Positions 60,545-64,000 of a stretch of 64,000 nt of DNA are shown in pieces. How positions within the stretch are numbered: the stretch's first letter is position 1; each line of letters starts with the position of its first letter. Source of the DNA: Basidiobolus meristosporus CBS 931.73 (taxonomy: Eukaryota; Fungi; Basidiobolomycota); assembly GCA_002104905.1 (NCBI GenBank), contig MCFE01000333.1, positions 1 through 64,000 of the forward strand, written 5' to 3'. Both the position numbers and the translations under genes were made by a program. Below the pieces are notes generated by a model, which worked only from the letters and a program-made list of their open reading frames with translations, searched no databases and was not told the DNA's origin.

Positions 60545-60830
60545 TCATAGGGGAGCTATACTCCAGTGATGTAGATGAGATTGCAGAGAAAGGCAATTTG
60601 ACAGCCACAGCCTCAATGTCCCCTATTGTAGACAGAATGGAGATCTCACTGAAAAACAAAGCAACAATGTCAAGAGCTCAGTAGACAAAATCAATGCATA
60701 AAGTGAAATTTGGAACAGTAAGAGGCACAGTAAGAGGCTGCAGCAATTCTTCAAAGGCCATGCTCAGGAAAATTCACTTGTTGCTGCAAAGAATTATTGC
60801 AAAGATTGCAGGTAAGGTGCTAGATCTCAC
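60545..60830 (+). mobile_element. Gene Y C-terminal fragment
   Basis: ELYSSDVDEIAEKGNLTATASMSPIVDRMEISLKNKATMSRAQ matches 18247-18531 (-). Confidence 0.7.
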
Positions 60831-60999
60831 TGAGCCAGCTAATATCATGAACAGATGACATCCTTGACCTTTCATGATCCACCAAAGTCAAGTTAGTTTT
60901 GTTGGTGTTTTACTGATTCTACTGCCAAATGAAGTAATAGGCTTAATAGTGTTTTAGTGGTCTTTCTGCAGGAATTGCATGGCATTTAACAGTCTTGAT

Positions 61000-63063
61000 G
61001 CACTTTCACTTATTTGAGCAGATCTATCTGGCCAATACTTCCAATTGCTTTATATGGCAAGAAACTTGATGGTCCTCTGATGGCCTCATTGCTAACCTCT
61101 GCTGGCATTATCACAGCAGTACAGTGCCCTACCAATAGCTCTGTATAATGCTGCTGTACCAGTTTACCAAATTGTATTTCCATTTCTACCTTGCCTTGCA
61201 CCATTTGTATATTTCACTGTAGAATTACCACTTCTTATTTGCTTACTCACTACTTCCTGGGGTATTTCACTTACAGTTTGAATCAAAATAAACTATCGCC
61301 TTCTGCTTACTGACCTCTACATTCATGCATGCCTGCTGAAATTGACACAATCTATAACCTCAACTTTACAACTCTTTAGTGTAATATTTACAGAGTTGCC
61401 ATATATCTTGTATTACTGCTAGCATATACATCTTGCAAACATATGCTTGGTTGCTGCCACTTTTGCCATAAATACCACCTGAATATTTGCAAAAAGCCTC
61501 ATGGTATTTAGCCAATATGTTCCTTCTCCCTGAAGAGGTCTAGTCCTCCTAATAGGTGTGTACTGGCTCATGTTTGTGTGGATGCTCTATTGAATGGCAC
61601 AGAAATTAGCTTGTGATCAGGAGAAGCCTGGCATACTTTGGTGGAGTTGTGTTGATGAAAATTAGTGTCTTGTTGCACTAAACCTAACTCTACATTACCT
61701 CACTGATTACTGATGCATTGAGTCTGCTTAGATTCATATTGGCAAGGACATAAGTGTCTTCATATGCACATCTGTCCTCAGTATTTCTCAACTCTTCCTG
61801 GCTGTCTTCCATGTCCCAATTCATTAAATCCCTGATAGACTTGAAAGTAATACTCTCAATGAGATTAGGATATGGCAGTGTCCTGCAACTTGACTTGTAC
61901 TCCTATCTCCTCACACATCTGCTCCATAGGAAGCTTCCATAAGGTGAGGCAAGGCTCAATATTCTCCACACACCAAGCAAGATGGGGTATAGAATGGAAA
62001 CAGCAGCTGCAGCAATCTGTGAACTCAGCTTTATGCTTGTTGTATGGATGCTCAAGTCCTGTTACAAAGCCCTTGCATAAAAGCTGTAGATGTGTCAAGT
62101 TACCATTAGTGATCCACTTCTGGTAAAATATTTCTACAACATCAACATATGACTCTCAATGCTTCCAGTATACTCATGGTAAATATGGCATCAGAAGGCC
62201 ACTTGAATAAACACACATCCATCTCAACCAGCCCTTGCATATGGGTGTCAATATAGATTGGAGCTTGTGACAAGTACTTTAGGTAGCAGATACTGTGTAA
62301 TATCTTGTCAATTCTTTCAGATTTCTCCAGTATCTCAATGGGCTCATACTAATTGAAGTGGCCCATGCACACCTTGGTCATTAGTATAGGGATATTGTGG
62401 AAAAGTAAATCAATTGCTCTCAGTGGAAAGCATTTGCTCTGACTTCTGAAGATTCCCTCTGCAGGAAGAAGATGCTCATAATGTTGGTATTTGGATAATC
62501 ATATTGTGTGTGAGTTATGGAGTAAATATCCTGTGTCTCACAAATTCAACCGCAATACCATCCATTGTGCCCAGAAAAGCCAGCTATCTTGCTGATGGCT
62601 GGGGTATCACCAATGCTCATAGTAACTTGTAAGTCTCTGCAGATCTGCAAGCTGACCATAATGCCCTGGCAAATGGGAATGTAGCAAATGCAGTACCCTC
62701 AGTTGTAAACCAGCAAGTGGCCATCATACCACTACCACCACCTGTATTTGCAAGTATTTGGTCCACTCATACCAAGGCATTAAGGATGCAATTAGGTTCA
62801 GTGGCTAATAAAATAGATTCAATGGACCAGAGAAATCAGGAAACAGTCCAGAAACTGGATGAGCAGATAATATGTAAAGAGCAGGTAATATCACAGGTAG
62901 AGAACTCAGTCTCCTTGCTACACAAAAAGGAACACAAGTAGCTCAATGTAACAGCCAAGAATTGATCTATTACACAATATAAGAGTACAGGAACACTGTA
63001 CAGTTTTTGAAGCACAACAACTGTGCCCAAAGATAAAGCCCACAGAAAAACCTATCAGAGCAT
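61000..63063 (-). mobile_element. CACTA transposase C-half (-, 61000-62630) joined to gene Y N-terminus (+, 62630-63063)
   Basis: LLCKGFVTGLE...HLAWCVENIEPCLTLWKLPMEQMCEEIG; STHTKALRMQLGSVANKIDSMDQRN matches 19377-19742. Confidence 0.75.
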
Positions 63064-64000
63064 TGTAGTGGGGTGACAGTGACACCCACTGACAGATGTG
63101 CTCATTCCCTTATTTTCTACTTCCCTATATCTCTACTACACTTATTTTAGTTTTATCCCATTTGTCTTACCCAATCAGTACTATCCCATAAGCCGGTTGA
63201 CTATCACACCTGCTTACCTTATTGCATAAGTTACCCCTCACATTATGTAAGATAACTAGCTATAAGTACTTCTATATTAGGCAAGTACCCGCGCCAGTAC
63301 CCGTGACACATGATCAGCCCGTGTCACCATCCCTACCATTTCCATACAATATATGGTATCTCCATGTTACACAGGTTTCAGAATACTGATTCCTGATTTG
63401 TTGGATGTGCTGTGCCTCTTAGAACCTTCCGGCACCTACTTAGAACATTCTTAGGTCATTCTGATGTCATTAAGATTTCTATTGATCTCCGGAACCTTCT
63501 GGAACACCATGATTAGTAATCACTTAGCCAGTGAAAAAAAAAGTATATAAGGGAGGCTATCCCTCAACAATAAATCATCATCCCTTTTATCAATATACCG
63601 ACTTGTTGATTACTGTGATCACTGCTACCTGCTGCTACCTGAACTTCCAACCCTAGATCACAGGACACTCCAAGGAAACCGCGCTGACAGCCAACTGACC
63701 TTGGAGGCACTACTTGTGAGGAATACTCAGAGTAGGTATCTTTTATTATATTTGATTCTTTCCCAAGTTTGTTCTTGTACAGGCAAAGATACTTTTCTGT
63801 CTTTGTAACTATTGACCAAAGCTGCATTCTTATCAAGTCCCTGCTGGTGGAGTTTACAGTTGTTTTGACTTTGGAAGCTTTAGTATATTGTCATCTCAAA
63901 GGATGCTGAACCCAGCACATGCTTTTGTTAAGTCGCCAATTAAGTTGGGGATTGTAGCTCAATAGTTTTCCCTTGACAAGCTTGTGGCTTTATTCCCCTT
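63064..64000 (-). repeat. Family Z LTR, running off the window end
   Basis: Begins TGTAGTGGGG (reverse complement of the CCCCACTACA end) and is nearly identical to 27110-28008. Confidence 0.9.

Larger units (their letters stand above)
54620..60545 (+). mobile_element. CACTA copy: spacer and transposase N-terminus (54620-55650), resuming after the copia with C-terminus and 3' region (59616-60545)
   Basis: 55080-55650 matches the reverse complement of 37040-37650; 59700-60545 matches 28560-29400. Confidence 0.7.

Noticed and set aside
1560-64000. The many 60-130 aa ORFs in the track as independent genes
   Set aside because: They are antisense or off-frame readings, or broken pieces, of the TE families annotated above. 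CpG loss and repeats generate such ORFs.
1-64000. CRISPR arrays, tRNA or rRNA genes, prokaryotic operons
   Set aside because: No regularly spaced short repeats with unique spacers, cloverleaf or rRNA-like sequence was seen, and the content is eukaryotic TE DNA.

Overview
This is a eukaryotic, probably fungal, window (inferred from the transposon families present). One intact intronless host gene (VWA/MIDAS protein, 9-1100) and a damaged secreted-protein gene occupy a CpG-rich left edge. From about 1560 onward the window is a CpG-depleted graveyard of nested transposons. It holds five larger Ty1/copia copies plus solo LTRs and fragments, three Ty3/gypsy copies of one family, an orphan ~1.05-kb solo-LTR family with 4-bp TSDs, many scrambled pieces of a CACTA/EnSpm-type element, a 701-bp foldback MITE and a PIF/Harbinger fragment. 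The CACTA transposase appears to be paired head-to-head with an unknown accessory gene. The most unusual segment is an AT-rich island (~19800-22600). It carries a decayed, intronless family-B DNA polymerase that looks like a large-DNA-virus (Nucleocytoviricota-like) gene, next to a 108-bp-period repeat, and is a candidate endogenous giant-virus relic. LTR, TSD and TIR coordinates were read by hand; boundaries of degenerate fragments are approximate. No database searches were run.
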